Shown here: piece by piece, positions 38,190 to 52,199 of the stretch
How positions within the stretch are numbered: the first letter of the stretch is position 1
How the letters are laid out: each line of letters opens with the position of its first letter
Source: Octopus sinensis
Lineage: Eukaryota
Reading direction: 5' to 3'
DNA length: 64,000 bases
NCBI RefSeq assembly: GCF_006345805.1
Contig: NC_043000.1
Location: forward strand, 81,220,001 to 81,284,000
Notes under the pieces: generated by a model
Told to the model about the DNA's origin: nothing
The model's input: only the letters and a program-made list of their open reading frames with translations
Databases searched by the model: none
Made by a program: the position numbers and the translations under genes

Positions 38190-38550
38190 AATGTAAGCAT
38201 AGCTGTGTGATAAAAAGTTTGCTTTCCAGCCACATGGTTTGGGGTTCAGACCCACTGCATAGCACCTTGGGCAAATGTCTCCTATTATAGCCCTGGGCCA
38301 ACCAAAGCCTTGATTTGGTAGACAGGAACTGAAGGAAACTTGCCAGATGTGTGTGTGTGTTTTGTGTTTGTCCCCCAACATTGCTTGACAACCTGTATTG
38401 GCTTGTTTACATCCTCATAACTTAGTGGTTTGACAAAAGCAATAGAATAAGTAGCAGGCTTCAAAAAAATACTGGGGTCGATTCATTCAACTGAAACCCT
38501 TGAAGATAGTGCCTCAAGCATGGCCACAATCCAATAACTAAAGCAAGTAA
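38190..38550 (+). mobile_element. SINE family B copy
   Basis: Collinear with 21117-21496. Confidence 0.8.
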
Positions 38551-39670
38551 AACACAAAAGTTAACTAAAACTACGATACCATATGAGATGAGATATATGC
38601 TACCATGTAAAAGCTATGATATAAAGTAAAAGTTTGTAATATGACATTAAACTATAGTTATATGGAAAAATATATCAGATATAATAATGATATCACATAA
38701 GCTAACCTCTATAGTATTATGTAAGAATTGTGATATAAAGTAAAATGCTGTACTATGAGTATAAAAATATTTGATATGAAGTAAAAATTATGATAGGTAA
38801 AAGCTGTAGTATTAGTATAAAAACTATGATACTAGTTAAAAACAGAGAACAAAAAACAACTATGATATCATTTAAGAGAAAACCTTGCTTGTGATGCCAG
38901 ACCAGTTTTGGTCAATATGTTTAATATTCATAGCTTAGATTAAGCAAATGAAATTTCAGTGATGTCACATGAAAGAATTCTAAGCTTTTAAGTCATATAC
39001 CTTTCAAAGCATCATGTCCTGAAATCAACAGGTTTTATAACATTGGCCAGTTTAGTCTTTTAATCTCAAAGAAAGTTCTCTTTTTTCTTTTTACCTTTTA
39101 ACAATAAAAATAATAGTGAAAGGAATATAATTTAAAATATAATAGGGTAAATTAAAAGAAAATAAGATATAGCTTGCTGTTTGGAAGAAAGAATAAAAGC
39201 AAATATATTTGCCACCCATCAAAGAGGGAAAGGAAAAGGAAGTGAAGGGGAAGAAAGTGTGACGGGACAGGTTCTCTTTATATCTGCATTGTATCAGCTA
39301 TAGAAACAAATTGAAAATAGTAAGAGATTTATGCACATGTATGCATTTCTACACATGGATACATACATACAATGTGTGTGTGTGTGTGGGTGTTTATATA
39401 TATATATATATATATGTAGGAATGACAGGCCTGGGTGTAGTACATAACGAAAACAGACATGATATGGATAAGATAAGAAAAAAATTATGCAAAATATTTA
39501 TCCAATAAAAATCTATGACCCACAGCAAATAAGTCAATTTCTAAATATTAGCATGAACCTTAGTACAGCCAAATTTAAACCTTACCACAAATCAAATGAG
39601 GATAACTCATGCTTCGACATAGGCTTCAACCACCCTCCATCAATCATAAAATAATTAGTTTAATTAGTTA

Positions 39671-39713
<43 letters not shown>

Positions 39714-39739
39714 TATGTATATGTGTGTGCATTTTTTTT

Positions 39740-40082
39740 TTTTTTTGCATGGAATTAAGTACCCTGACCTTCTAATATGCTGCAAATCCCTTATTTTGGT
39801 TCGGAAAAATGGAGGTTAGGGCGAGGTGGGACCTCCATCCCAGAATCATTGGAATTTTTTTTTTTTTTAATGAACTCCTGTGACCTCCTAATATGCTACA
39901 AAACCCTTTTTGGGGTCTGAAAAATGGGGTGGGGTGAAGTAGAAGCCTCAGAAATTTCACCCGCCACACCCATTGATCTTTTCACCCATGCAATTTTCAC
40001 TAAGGAAAAAATAAAAATCAGATTTTTTTTTGTATGGAATCAACTACCCTGATCTCCTAATATGCTGCAAATCCCTTATTTT
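39740..40082 (+). repeat. Three degenerate copies of a ~55 bp motif (T)n..ggaat..taccctga.ct.ctaatatgctgcaaatccctt
   Basis: Copies near 39745, 39865 and 40030. Confidence 0.75.
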
Positions 40083-40089
40083 CTATATA

Positions 40090-40258
40090 GGCACGGTTGT
40101 GGGTGTGTGGTAAGAAGGTTGCTTCACAACCACATGGTTTCAAGTTCAATCCCATCATGTGGAACCTTAGGCAAGTGTCTTCTAATACATCCTTGGGCTG
40201 ACCAAAGCCTGGCGAATGGATTTGGTAGACAGAAAATGAAAGAAGCCTGTCATATATA

Positions 40259-40311
<53 letters not shown>

Positions 40312-40537
40312 TATATATACCTACGTGTGTGTGTCTGTGTTTGTCCCCCCACATCACTTGACAATCGGTGCTGGTGTGTTTATGTTCCTATAACTTAGCA
40401 GTTTCACAAAAGAGACAGATAGAATAAGTACTAGGCTTAAGAAAAAAGTCCTAGGGTTGATTTGTTCGACTAAAAGACTCCTTCAAAGCAGTGCTTCAGC
40501 ATGGTTGCAGTCTAATGACTGAAACAAGTAAAAGAAT
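40090..40537 (+). mobile_element. SINE family B copy with internal (TA)n
   Basis: Collinear with 21117-21496. Confidence 0.85.
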
Positions 40538-40721
40538 ATATACACAGAGAGAGATAGAGAGATAGAGAGAGAGATATTACTATCTATTCCCATATACTGA
40601 TATGGGTTAAATACGTCTCACAGCTTCTTACATTCTGGCATGCATAGCAATAAGAAAAGTAAGCCACATTTGTTGCTGTGTATGTTATGTTGATTTTGGC
40701 TAGATGCCCCTCCTATCACCA

Positions 40722-40804
<83 letters not shown>

Positions 40805-41277
40805 GTCTGTCTGTCTGTGTGTGTGTGTGTGTGCATAAAACAAAGTGCTAATTTATTTGCAGTGCTCCTATGAAATTATATATATATATAAAAAGGAAGC
40901 TACACACAATATGTTGACTATGCATATATTTAATTTCACTTTGAACATGTAATCTTCTCTTTGATCTTCTCCCTCAACCAAGAAGCTGCTGTGGTTTATC
41001 AACAGGTGGTGTTTTCTTTAGAAATATTTACTCATTAGACTAGGACATCAGCAACTCATAGGAGCTCTGCTTTTTACTTGCAGAGTATAAAAGTGTATTC
41101 TTTATATTCATACGAAATGCTGCTTGTTTCAATTTCCATAAAACCTCTTTTTCTTTTTCTTTAACCTCTTCAGAGTCTTTATGATAGTTGAGATAAATTA
41201 TATTTTCTAAGATTAAACTGAATAAATATTTTAATTAAATTGATTTTGGGCTGCAGTACTCAACTTTGTCTGGATTT

Positions 41278-41660
41278 CATCATCATCATCATCATCGTTT
41301 AATTTCTGCTTTCCATGCTAGCATGGGTTGAACGATTTGACTGAGGATTGGCGAACCAGATGGCTGCATCAGGCTCCAATCTTGATCCAGCAGAGTTTCT
41401 ACAGCTGGATGCCCTTCCTAACGCCAACCACTCTGAGAGTGTAGTGGATGCTTTTAAATGCCACTGGCACAAGGGCCAGTCAGGCGGTACTGGCAATGGC
41501 CACACTCAAATGGTGTTTTTTTTACATGCCTCCTGCACAGGAGCCAGTCCAGCAGCACTGGCAACGACCTTGCTCAAATGTTTTTTCTCGTACCATCGGC
41601 ATAAGTGCCAGTAAGGTAACATTGGTAATGGTCACACTCAAATGGTGTTTTTTACATGCC
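41278..41660 (-). mobile_element. RTE 3' tail copy with 3 UTR repeat units
   Basis: Collinear with 24745-25110. Confidence 0.85.
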
Positions 41661-43029
41661 ACTTTGTCTGGATTTATTATTACCTAAAATCTTGGCAGCA
41701 AACTGGCAGAAGTGTTTGCACATGAGACAAACTGCTTAGCAGCATTTCTTCCAACTCATTATGCTCTGAGTTGAAATTCCACCAAGTTTGATTTTACCTT
41801 TCATCTTTTCAGAATCAATGAAATAAGTACCTGTTGAGCACTGGAATCAATGCGATCAACTTGCCCCTTCCCTCCAAAATTAGAAAAGATAATCATTATC
41901 AATTTGAATATAATCACATGAATTCACTTCCTTTTAGTTTAATTGATTTAAAATGATGCTGTCAATAAATTTCAAAATTAATTGACTTAAAAAGATGTTA
42001 GTCTGGTATTGTTGATGTTTTCAGAATTATTTCATCCAAGCAATTCAAAAGATGGTACTAGTTGAACTTTATGTAATCTTTTATTTGATAGACTCTCCAG
42101 GAAGAAGATACAAAATCTTAAAATTTATCTAATTTAGTATTCTATTTATTAGTTTCATTTTTAATTTTCACAGTAAGGTGGTGTTTGTTTTCGTTGGTTG
42201 GGATTTTGCCATTCACAATTCTGTTTTCTTTTCAAAAATTATCAAAAAGAAAGTTGCAAATTTTACATTAGTGCACATCTTTAAAAAGATGTGCACCACT
42301 TTGCATTGGTGCACAACTTTGAAAATATGTGCACCTATGCAAAGTTTCAGCCCTCTAGTTATAAAACTGAACTGCAAACTAAAACCTTTGTACATACATT
42401 GCCTTTTTTTTATATATTAATGTATATTTATATATTAGCTGTAAAGCTATGTAAGTGGCTTTAATACTAATAAAATAGTTTGGTAAATGCCTTGCATGAA
42501 ATTTTCTTCTCTCAAGTCACTTAGTTAATGAATATGTATGCTCCACTTTGCCTGTTGAATTCTATTTCTCTTGTTTGTCTCACCAAACCAGTGTGTGTGT
42601 GCGTGTGTGTGTGTGTATGTGTGTGTGTGTGTGTGTGTATGTGTGTGTGTGTGCATGTGTGTGCATGCACAAGGTACTTTCCGTAAGATGCTTGCTGAAT
42701 AGAGACAAAGTAGGACAGTGAGGACTTCAACCTTGCTGAAGACACAACAGCCTCCCTAATGCTGAGGCTATGATAAAATATATCTCATGTCCACTATTAC
42801 TTAGCTGGCAATGGAAAGGGTATACAACCATAGAAACACACAACAAAAATGGAGCATACACATGAAACATTTTTGACAGAAATAGGAGAAGAGAAACCCA
42901 ACATAACTAATATGGTTTGTGATAACTCGTGTCCAATCCATGTAGCACCAAACAAGAAGCCAACATAAAATGATGGTGGTAAAGATGGTTCACATTACTA
43001 AATAATACTTTGAATGAAACTTATGTGAT

Positions 43030-44245
43030 ATACAGTTTAACTATTTCATTGCTTGGAGTTTCTTCCTATCATGAAGGAGCCCAGCAATTTCCTTAAATAG
43101 ATCAGTTTTTCTCCACTTAGGGAGTCTAGCTTTTGTTTGAACCAGGAAGCTATTTGCTCGCTTTCTCCATGTTATGACACAATGAAATTCCTCACCTCTG
43201 CTATCAGCTCTAACTGCATTTAATGTCGGCATCAACATCATAATTCATCCTCATGAAGTGAATATGACTTAGCGTTCCTACAGAAACCTTCATATACCCT
43301 ATACAATGTTTAATGTTTCACATTCATGTTGAATTATGCAGCAATCTTACATTCTCTTCATAGAACACTTGCAATGTATGTATTACCAGTTCTTTTGGTA
43401 GAGTAGATTTTTGCTATTCTTGTTTATGTCTCCTCACAGACGTGTACATTCTAACAAGTCGCTTCTTAAATTTCGCATCTCTCTTGTTCAATAAACACTG
43501 AGTTAAACTTTCAAAGCTGTATATTTTCTCCTTTTGATTTTTAATTTTTATTTTGGTGGGTTACCAAACTATCAGTTTGGTCTCCTGGCTAAAACAGTAA
43601 TGACAAATTTTGCTTGACATTTTATAAGTGTGAAAGGGATTAAAATTTCAATATTCCATATCAAAGGTTCCAACAAGAATAAGCAAAAAATCAGAGCTTG
43701 AGACAAGAAGACACTTTCAACCCATCAGAATTCTGTTTACATAATCAGTTTGATCAGTCACCTATCTCTGTCAATTGAGTAAAGTGTCATCCAAACTGAT
43801 GTTTATTGGTAATTAAACTTATTTGGCAACACTTGTGTGTATTTATCAGCTTTGTTTTTGTTGGTAGGAATTATCTACAATTTTTCCTGTGAACGTGAAG
43901 ACATACAGAAGTATGCTAAAGATTGGACATAATCTCTTGTGGGCAAGAAATGTAAAATAAAGTTTATTATAAACAACACAAACACTTCATAATTTAATAG
44001 CTTTCAATGTGATAACTGTTAAACAGAAATTATTCTTATTTAATGAAAATTTAATAAAATCTAATCATAAGTTAGAGAAATTATGCTAAATACAGCTAAA
44101 TTGAAAACTTTTTTCCCTTTGCCATATCAGCAATTCTGGAAACGTTTGGGTGCAAATTTTATATGAGTAGAAGCTTTTTTTAACAATTTTTATCCTGAAA
44201 ATCACCTGCGTAAATTACACAGGTGTGCAAATTCCATAGGTTTTT
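43030..44245 (-). mobile_element. Possible pogo/Tigger-like DNA transposon relic
   Basis: Minus strand KRRKYTALK (psq-HTH-like N-terminus) near 43520; end tactgtaaaaacctatggaatttgcacac resembles pogo-type termini; no partner TIR found. Confidence 0.3.
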
Positions 44246-44943
44246 ACAGTATGTATGTATATGTGTGGTGAGCCCTAGGAATGGTATAGACTGTTATGTC
44301 ATTTGACAGATATTCTACAGCTGGATGTCCCTCTAGCAACTTTCACCTGTTTTCAAGTAAGATGATATTCTTCAATGGCTTGACATGTTTTTACTGAGGG
44401 CTGGAAACAATCGGCAATGCTTATATGATGCTGATGCTCATTTTCAACGATTGTGTGACATCAAAACAAAGAGACACAAACACATGCACTCACATCATCA
44501 TCATCATCATCATATCATTACCACTATCATCATCATTATCATTTAAAATCCTTTTCCCGTGCTGACATGGGTTGAACAGTTTGAGAGGAGCTGGTAAACC
44601 AGGGGACTGTGCCAAACACCACTGCCTACTTTGGCATGGTTATTTTAGGTTGCATGCCCTTCCTAACACCAACCACTTTACTGAGAAAATATTCCTTGTT
44701 GGGAATATTTCTTTATAGAAAAAGTATATTCCTAGTGAGGAAAATATTCCTTGTTTCTATTAGAATGGATATGTATGGTCTGATTTGATTACCTAATGGG
44801 CTTCTTTTATTCTCTAACTCCCAAAATCAATTTGCAAAGCTTTGGTTAGCACAAGGCTATAAAAGAAGGCACCTGAACTAAGAGCCCTACACTGGGTTGC
44901 AAAGCGAACTCCTTAACAACACAACCATGTATACACTTATATG

Positions 44944-45610
44944 TCATCATCACCATTGTTTAACATCCGTTTTCCATGCAGGCATGAGTTGGGTGGTTTG
45001 ACAGGTGCTGGCTAGCCGGGGAGCTGTGCAGGCTCCAGTTGTCTGTTTTGGCATGATTTCTATGGCTTGATGCCTTTCCTAGCACCAACCACTTTACAGA
45101 GTGTGTTGGGAGCTTTTTACACTGCACTGGTATGGGGTGCGTTTACATAGCACCAGCACAAGTGTACTTTATGTGGCACCAGCATGTGTACATTTTACGT
45201 GGCACCAGCATCTGCAAGCCAAATACCTTTCAGCTGGGAGAGGAAGTGGAAACATGTCTGTAAAGGACACGCCTACATGTATGGATGGCTACAATTTTGC
45301 TTAGCTTGACATGTCTTCTCAAGTACAGCAAATTGCCTCAAGTCCCAATCTCTTGCCATCTCCTCAGTGAGGTCCAGTGTCTGAAGATACTTTCTCACCA
45401 CTTTGTCCTATGTCTTCCTGGGTCTACCCCTTCCACAGGTTCCTTCCACAATTAGAGACTGGCACTTCTTTATGCAGCTATCCTCATCCATACACATCAC
45501 ATGACCATACCAGTGCAGTTTTCTCACTTACATGCAATATCTGATGCCTCTTATACCCAGCTTCCTCTTAAATCATTTATACTCTATCATATATGCACAC
45601 TGACATTATA
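44944..45610 (-). mobile_element. Older RTE subfamily copy: ORF C-terminus + 3'UTR + (ATG)n tail
   Basis: Collinear with 25290-25600 (WYGHV, VEGTCGRGRPRKT) plus a UTR shared with 7447-7799. Confidence 0.85.
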
Positions 45611-47199
45611 CATACATACACACTCAAGCACACACACACACACTCTTCTATAGATGCATTATGAATACATATTTAACAAGCCCACACATACACAAACCTT
45701 TTCTCTCTTTCAATCACAGTCTCTCCTCACTCCCTTTTCCCATCTTTTTGTCACTCACTGAAACTTTCTCTAATGATCCACTTCCATACACACACACACA
45801 CACACCACACACACACACACACTTGAGTGGCTGCTCTGTTGCTTCTACTAAATACAGGTAATCTAAGTCATACAGACAAAAGAAATTCGTTCCACTTGAC
45901 CTGGTTTTTCCTCACCATATTCCTTGATCAGGAGGAAAATGGTTGTAAAATTTGGCTGCTGTGCCATATAGAATTTGGCTGCTTCTCTAACTATAAATAT
46001 ATCAGGAACACCAGCTGTAAAACTAATCACAAGCTGAAAATCAATCACTTCATCTCTGTAATCTCTATACATTCTAAAGCTTCAGCATGCATGACAAAAT
46101 CCCGTCTTCCTTTCATTCTTTCTCACATTTTCCTCTTTCCAATCCTCCCCCTCCTCCCCTATCTTTTCCTCCTCTTTCTCTCTTCCTTCTTCTCTCCTCC
46201 TCTTTCTCTCCCCTTCCCCTTCTTTTTCTTCTCCTCCTCCTCCTCCTCTTAATAATCAATAGTCATTTCACTGACTTCTAATAGTCGTAAGTACATCATG
46301 CCACTCCAGCACCGTACCAGAGCCAACATATCACCACTCTACTGCATCACTTGCACCACCATTCCATCACTTCACCACCACCATCACCAATCAACCACAG
46401 CTATACCACTCCATCACCACACCTCCATACCATCACCATTCTACCTCTCTATCACCACCTTATTCTACCACCACTCCCAATCCATCACACCATTACTCCA
46501 CCACAAACACACTACTGCCACCATACCATACAACCATCACCACTACCACTCTCTCATCTTAACAATGCTGTAGGTCAGAGTTTCTTTACGCTGTTGGTTA
46601 CTACTCCACGTTCTACACTGTTGCTATTTACAAATTTAAAGTAGGATGGTGAGTTAGCAACAGTTGGCAGACATCCTTTCATTAAAATCACCGTATGCTG
46701 TTTCAAACTCCAGTATTCTAATTTCCAAACATTCTCTCACCATTCATCTGTTTCTTCTACAATCTCATGTTGATAAGTACCAGTAGTATACTAGGGTCAG
46801 AGGGTAGTGGTGGTGGTGGTGGTGGTGGTGGTGGTGGTGAATAGAATGTTTTGCTTGAATGACTTCACCACTTCGAGATGTGAATTGCATACCAGGTGCC
46901 TGGTCTGATATTTTGATTCCCCTTTTGTGTTTCTGTTATCACTAACATGAATACCAGTAGGATATTGTGGGTCTGATAATGTTGCAAAAAGAGAAGAATT
47001 CAGTTGATTAGACTCACACATCTAGGAGATGTTGGTTCCAAACAAAAGAAGGAAAGGTGACTTATAAAAGGCACCTGTGCCACTGACATATGAAAAGCAC
47101 TGTGAAATACTTGGCATATCAAAAGGCATCTAGCCATAGAAGCCAAGTCAAAACAGACTGGAGCCTTTTGTGAATAAACTTTGGTGGAATGAAAACCTA

Positions 47200-47660
47200 T
47201 TGGAAGGATCTCCTTATATCCATGGATTGCAGACTTTGCCTGCTCTTGCTAGCCAAAGGAAGTGGCTGGGTAATCTTCACAATAAATTCTTCCAGTTTCC
47301 GGGTACATCTTGCATGTGATAACATTTTTTTTTTCCTGCAAAATTTCACTAATCAGCAATGTTTGGGCATAAGATGTGTACAGAATGGCTTCAAACACAC
47401 TGCATGCATCACAGAGAGGCCCAATTGATGGCACTTCTTTGCCTGTAGAGTTTGTTTCAAGCCAATAATGCCTCTTTTTGTAGCACTGTCAGACCAGGCA
47501 TTTCTGGAAATTATCCATAGTCCCTGGGCTGAAAATCTTCCATACCACATAAATCAGCTGATTCTCACTGACACCCAGTTACCCTTATGGTGCTGTTCAT
47601 TCTCAATGCTATTCCACTATAGAAGGCTAATAGGAAAGTTCCATAAGGTATAGTGTCTGA
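47200..47660 (-). mobile_element. Decayed Tx1/L1-clade LINE fragment
   Basis: FSPGTMDNFQKCLV*QCYKK motif as in the copies at ~14600 and ~16450. Confidence 0.7.
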
Positions 47661-47689
47661 ATGGTTGAGGCCTGTGATCTTTGCTTAAC

Positions 47690-48085
47690 CCAGTCCTGCT
47701 CTTTGCTTAACCCAGAACTGCACTTCTACTAAAGAGAAGAACTGTGGGAAAATGTAATACCACGGTGAAATTTTGCATTGAATGTTTCCAAAAGTCACAT
47801 AGATTCGGATCTGGTGAGCTAGAAGGCCAGACTTTTATAGACACAAAGAGTTGATGTTTCTTCTTCAAATAATCCTGTACACACTGCAAATTGTGTGCTG
47901 GTGCTGAGTCCTGAATATAATTTCATTTGGATCATATTGTTTAGGAATACTCGGTATCAGAACTCTAAGAAGAATGTATAAATATACAGCAGCTGTGTTG
48001 TTGTTTTTACCAAATTCTATAAAATGATGTGACATCACAATTCCATCACTTTCAATGGCTCCAAACACCATTACTTTGCATGACT
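47690..48085 (-). mobile_element. Tc1/mariner-superfamily transposase C-terminal relic
   Basis: VMVFGAIESDG.VMSHHFIE..NTAAVYL.IL..VLIP and WPSSSPDPNLCDFW (SPDLNP motif). Confidence 0.8.
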
Positions 48086-49412
48086 AGAAGGAATTTGAAA
48101 GATTTGAAAGTAATTACCCTGTCATTGTAATGATTGATGCATTAGTTGTTTACAAATTTATTTTCATTTGTTTCAGATAGTTGGGCAGCTCTTGGGCTCT
48201 CACAGCTTTGATAGCTTTAGAACAGGCTGTGAAAACACTTCAATGTCTGCAAACATGATTTCATACCTAGGTTCATTTTAATGAGATGAACTATCACTCT
48301 CCTCCTCACACCATGGTTTATGCAAGCTTGGCCATGCTGCTGCATTTATTTTTGCTGCAGTAGATCATTTTAAACCAGCCAGAAAAGTACAGGTATGCTT
48401 ACAATTGCTGTGATTACCATGAAATAAATGGAGGACATCTCTAGGATTAAGCACAACCTGAGTATGACAAACTGTATTGCTTATAAGATCACAAAACCTG
48501 TGTTGAGTTTGGCTTATTTCAGCAATAACATTATTACAATGATTCCATAACTAATAAAATTTATCACCAAATGTGACTAAAAAAAACTCGAAATATTTTA
48601 TCTTAATTTTTGAAACATATTCACTTATAACATTTTAAAGTCAGTCCCAGTTTATCTGTCCAAACCTGTATACATTTTCACTTTATTCAAACCATAATAA
48701 AGAAGCAGATCTCCAAACTGCATATCTTGAAATTTCTCCTCTCTTATTTATTGTTACAATTTCTCTACCAGCAAGTCTATTGAATTGCATATCACTTTAC
48801 CCAAAAATATTGTTTATGAAAATGATACTGTATCTATAACATATCTTACCTTCAAGACATACACAATTTCTATTATTTGTTTTCTTACTTGGAGCCAGTT
48901 CCTATGCACCTAGTACACTTTGGAGAGTTTACTAGATACATTGATACATGTGTGTATCTATACATAATTATATACAAAAATATACTGACATGCACACACA
49001 ACACACATATATATATATGCATCTGTTATCGTAAGTATGATTATAAGGTGAAGCAGATTACTTTACAGTCACATGTTTTACATGAAAACTTGAGCAGGCA
49101 TCTCCAATATTCATGGGCTATGAGTGAAATTTGGTTGAGGTAAACTGTATGGAAATCTTCATCATGTATGGGTTTGTATGTATATACATATATATATGTA
49201 TGTATTATGTATGTATGTCTGCCTGTATACACATACACGTGCACGCACACACACACACACATACACATAAATCTTAGTAACAAACTGAAAGACTGTGTAC
49301 TATACATCACTTGGAAACAATTTCTTTAATAGATCTTTCACTTGAACCTCAGATATTATGCTGCGAGATAATTTTATATAACACATACACACAAAACACA
49401 CACATACATGTG

Positions 49413-49496
<84 letters not shown>

Positions 49497-49581
49497 GTCT
49501 GCAAAAAACATAAATCTGAAAGAAGCACACTCTAAGATGTAGAGCTGTATATATTAAAAATGAGAACGACCGAATACCAGA

Positions 49582-49991
49582 TTATAGGATTACCTTAGGT
49601 TTCCCAATCATAAAAGGTTTAGCTTTATGGCATATAATCAGATCCCAAAATCTGTTGGCCCAAGATCTCTTAAAAATATGGAGGAGGAAATGCCTCACTA
49701 CTCAAAGGTAACAATTGGGGATTATCCCCCTATGCTATTGACTACTGACTACAGGCCCCTACATCAACAGGATGAAGCATTGCAAGTTATGCATAACAGA
49801 ATGTGCAAGAATCCTAAAGGACTCACTCAAACCAGGAAACATCCTTAACTCCAGAACAGAGATTTCCAGGCCATGTTTACATTTCAGGAGGTTATTTTTA
49901 AGAGATCTTGGGCCAACAGGTTTTTGGGATCTAACGATATGTCAAAAAGCTAAGCCCTTTATGGACGGGAAAACCCAAGGTAATCCCATAA
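49582..49991. mobile_element. MITE/fold-back element with ~100 bp imperfect inverted arms
   Basis: 49582-49678 is reverse-complementary to 49893-49991; the innermost ~38 bp are nearly identical (gatcccaaaa..tgttggcccaagatctcttaaaaata). Confidence 0.8.
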
Positions 49992-50008
49992 ACCTGCCTT
50001 CCCCATTG

Positions 50009-50055
<47 letters not shown>

Positions 50056-50184
50056 ATATATATATATATATTTGTTTCTTTGCATTACATATTTATATCT
50101 TTTGTCTCAGTTTACTTTTGAGCACTTCTAAGCCCAAACCTCTACATTGTGAGGGAATTTCTAATCAATCTTCTTTCTCAGAAC

Positions 50185-50244
<60 letters not shown>

Positions 50245-50460
50245 TTATACACATATGCAAGTGTGTGTGTGCATACATACACATACATGTATTACATAAT
50301 CTATGTATAGATTTTAATGAATACTGTATGTACAGACAGATGTAAACATTTTGTATTTATATACAATAGCATTCTGTACAGAAAAGAAGACAGATATTGC
50401 AAATAAAGATAAGGTGTTTACATCTGTCCATAGATATAATGTTGGCTAAATTCTATAGAC

Positions 50461-50744
50461 ATGCTAGCAGCTAAGCCCTGTTTCACTCGGTCAGTTTGGA
50501 TGATGTGGCTGTAAAACCTGCTCTGTGTAAGCATTCGACTTGTTTGGGCATGCTTACATTAAACCATTTTAGAATGACTTTTGTCTGCCAAAACGCTAAA
50601 AATAACTGACCAACAAAAAGAAAAATGCCAACCAAGATCCAACCAAATCAAAAAATAAACCCAAATACTAAGCAAACAAAGATGAACCATCCCACTTCCA
50701 TTGCACATGCACACACACACATTCACATACCCGCCTTTTATATA
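50461..50744 (+). mobile_element. Short non-autonomous Helitron-like (HINE/Lep1-type) element
   Basis: 5' ctagcagctaagccc.., 3' (CA)n..gccttttatata ends resemble this class; no coding sequence. Confidence 0.35.
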
Positions 50745-51059
50745 AAATGATAAGCATCGCTCTTTTCAAGCCTAGCCAGGCTCATGGGCCCAGTTTCCTG
50801 GTTTCTGTGGTGTATGTGTTCCCCCCAGCTGGACGGGACACCAGTCCATTGCAGCATTACTCAAGAAACAGGAAGAGAGAGTGAGAGAAAGTTGTGATGA
50901 AAGAGTACAACAGGGGTTGCCACCACCCCCTGCTGGAGCCTCATGGAGCTTTTAGGTGTTTTCGCTCAATAAACACACACAACGCCCGGTCTGGGAATAG
51001 AAACCACAATCCTCTGACCGCGAGTCCGCTGCCCTAACTACTAGGCCATTGCACCTCCT
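50745..51059 (-). mobile_element. SINE family C, full length, with 12 bp target-site duplication gccttttatata
   Basis: tRNA-like head ggaggtgcaatggcctagtagttagggcagcggactcgcgg..ttctattcccag; identical 12-mer at 50733-50744 and 51060-51071. Confidence 0.85.
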
Positions 51060-51399
51060 GCCTTTTATATACACACACACATAATCACAGAGTTGAAATG
51101 CTCACCTCTTCCTTCCTTATTCATCTATCACCCTTTCCTTTCTCGTTCATAAACACAAGAGTATTATTATAGTAGTTTATCTTGGTAACCATGCGAGCTA
51201 TGAAAAAATACAAAGCCCAGCATCACCACCGGATCATTCTACACATCTGTGTAATTTTTTTGTAAAATTCCACCCAGCTGTTTGACTGTGAATCTCAAGA
51301 CAATAAAGAATTGCCCATGTCAAATTTATATGTATAGATTAGATATATTCTCTAGCACAGTATACCATTAAACAAAAACACTGTTAATGCAACAGCATT

Positions 51400-51790
51400 G
51401 CATGGACCTTTATCTTTTATTCTTTACTTGCTTTTTCTCATTGGACTATGGCCATGTTGGGGTACTGCCTTGAAGGGTTTAAATGAACAAATTCCCCTCA
51501 GTACTTATTTTTAAGCTTGGTACTTATTCTATTGGTCTTTTTACTAAATTAAGGGACATAAACACACCAACATTGGATGTCAAGCAGTGGGCAGGGCGAC
51601 AAACTCACACACACACATGTGCAGACGCGCATGCACACACAGATATAAATACACAATGGACTTCATTCAGTTTCCTTCTACGAAATCCACTCTCAGTGCT
51701 TTGGTTAGCCTGGGGCTTTAATAGAAGGCATTTGCTCAAGGTTCCATGCAGTGGGACTGAACTCAGAACTACACAGTTGGGAAGGAAACT
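51400..51790 (-). mobile_element. SINE family B copy
   Basis: Reverse complement of the family B head and tail. Confidence 0.75.
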
Positions 51791-52199
51791 TCTTACCACA
51801 CAGCCATGCCTGCATCCATATATGTATGTATGTATGTATGTATATATGTATGTATGTAAGTATGTATGTATGTATGTATGTATATGTGTTTGTGTGTGTG
51901 TGTATATATATATAAAATTTAATAAGGGTAGAAATTGATATTAGTCAATTAAAACCAGTGGCCCAGCATATTAAAAAGAATCCAAAGATTAAAATATTTT
52001 TACATACAAAATTTAAAGGACTGAACACGAAAAGTGGACAGTCAACATGCTAGATATAGACGTCAAATCGCTACTTTCCACAAAGAGTGTGTATATATAT
52101 ATATTGTACATGTAAATGTCTGTCTTAGCAATATTGTATGAAACTTACCATACTAATGTAATAATTATACACTAGTGGTTATGGTGATACTTGGCACGA

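Noticed and set aside
46860-47020. 74 aa minus ORF with possible RLE similarity
   Set aside because: No diagnostic motif in the correct order.
50990-51059. tRNA gene (and similar heads at 21117, 28655, 38190, 40090)
   Set aside because: tRNA-derived SINE heads continuing into SINE bodies; no full cloverleaf or T-run terminator.
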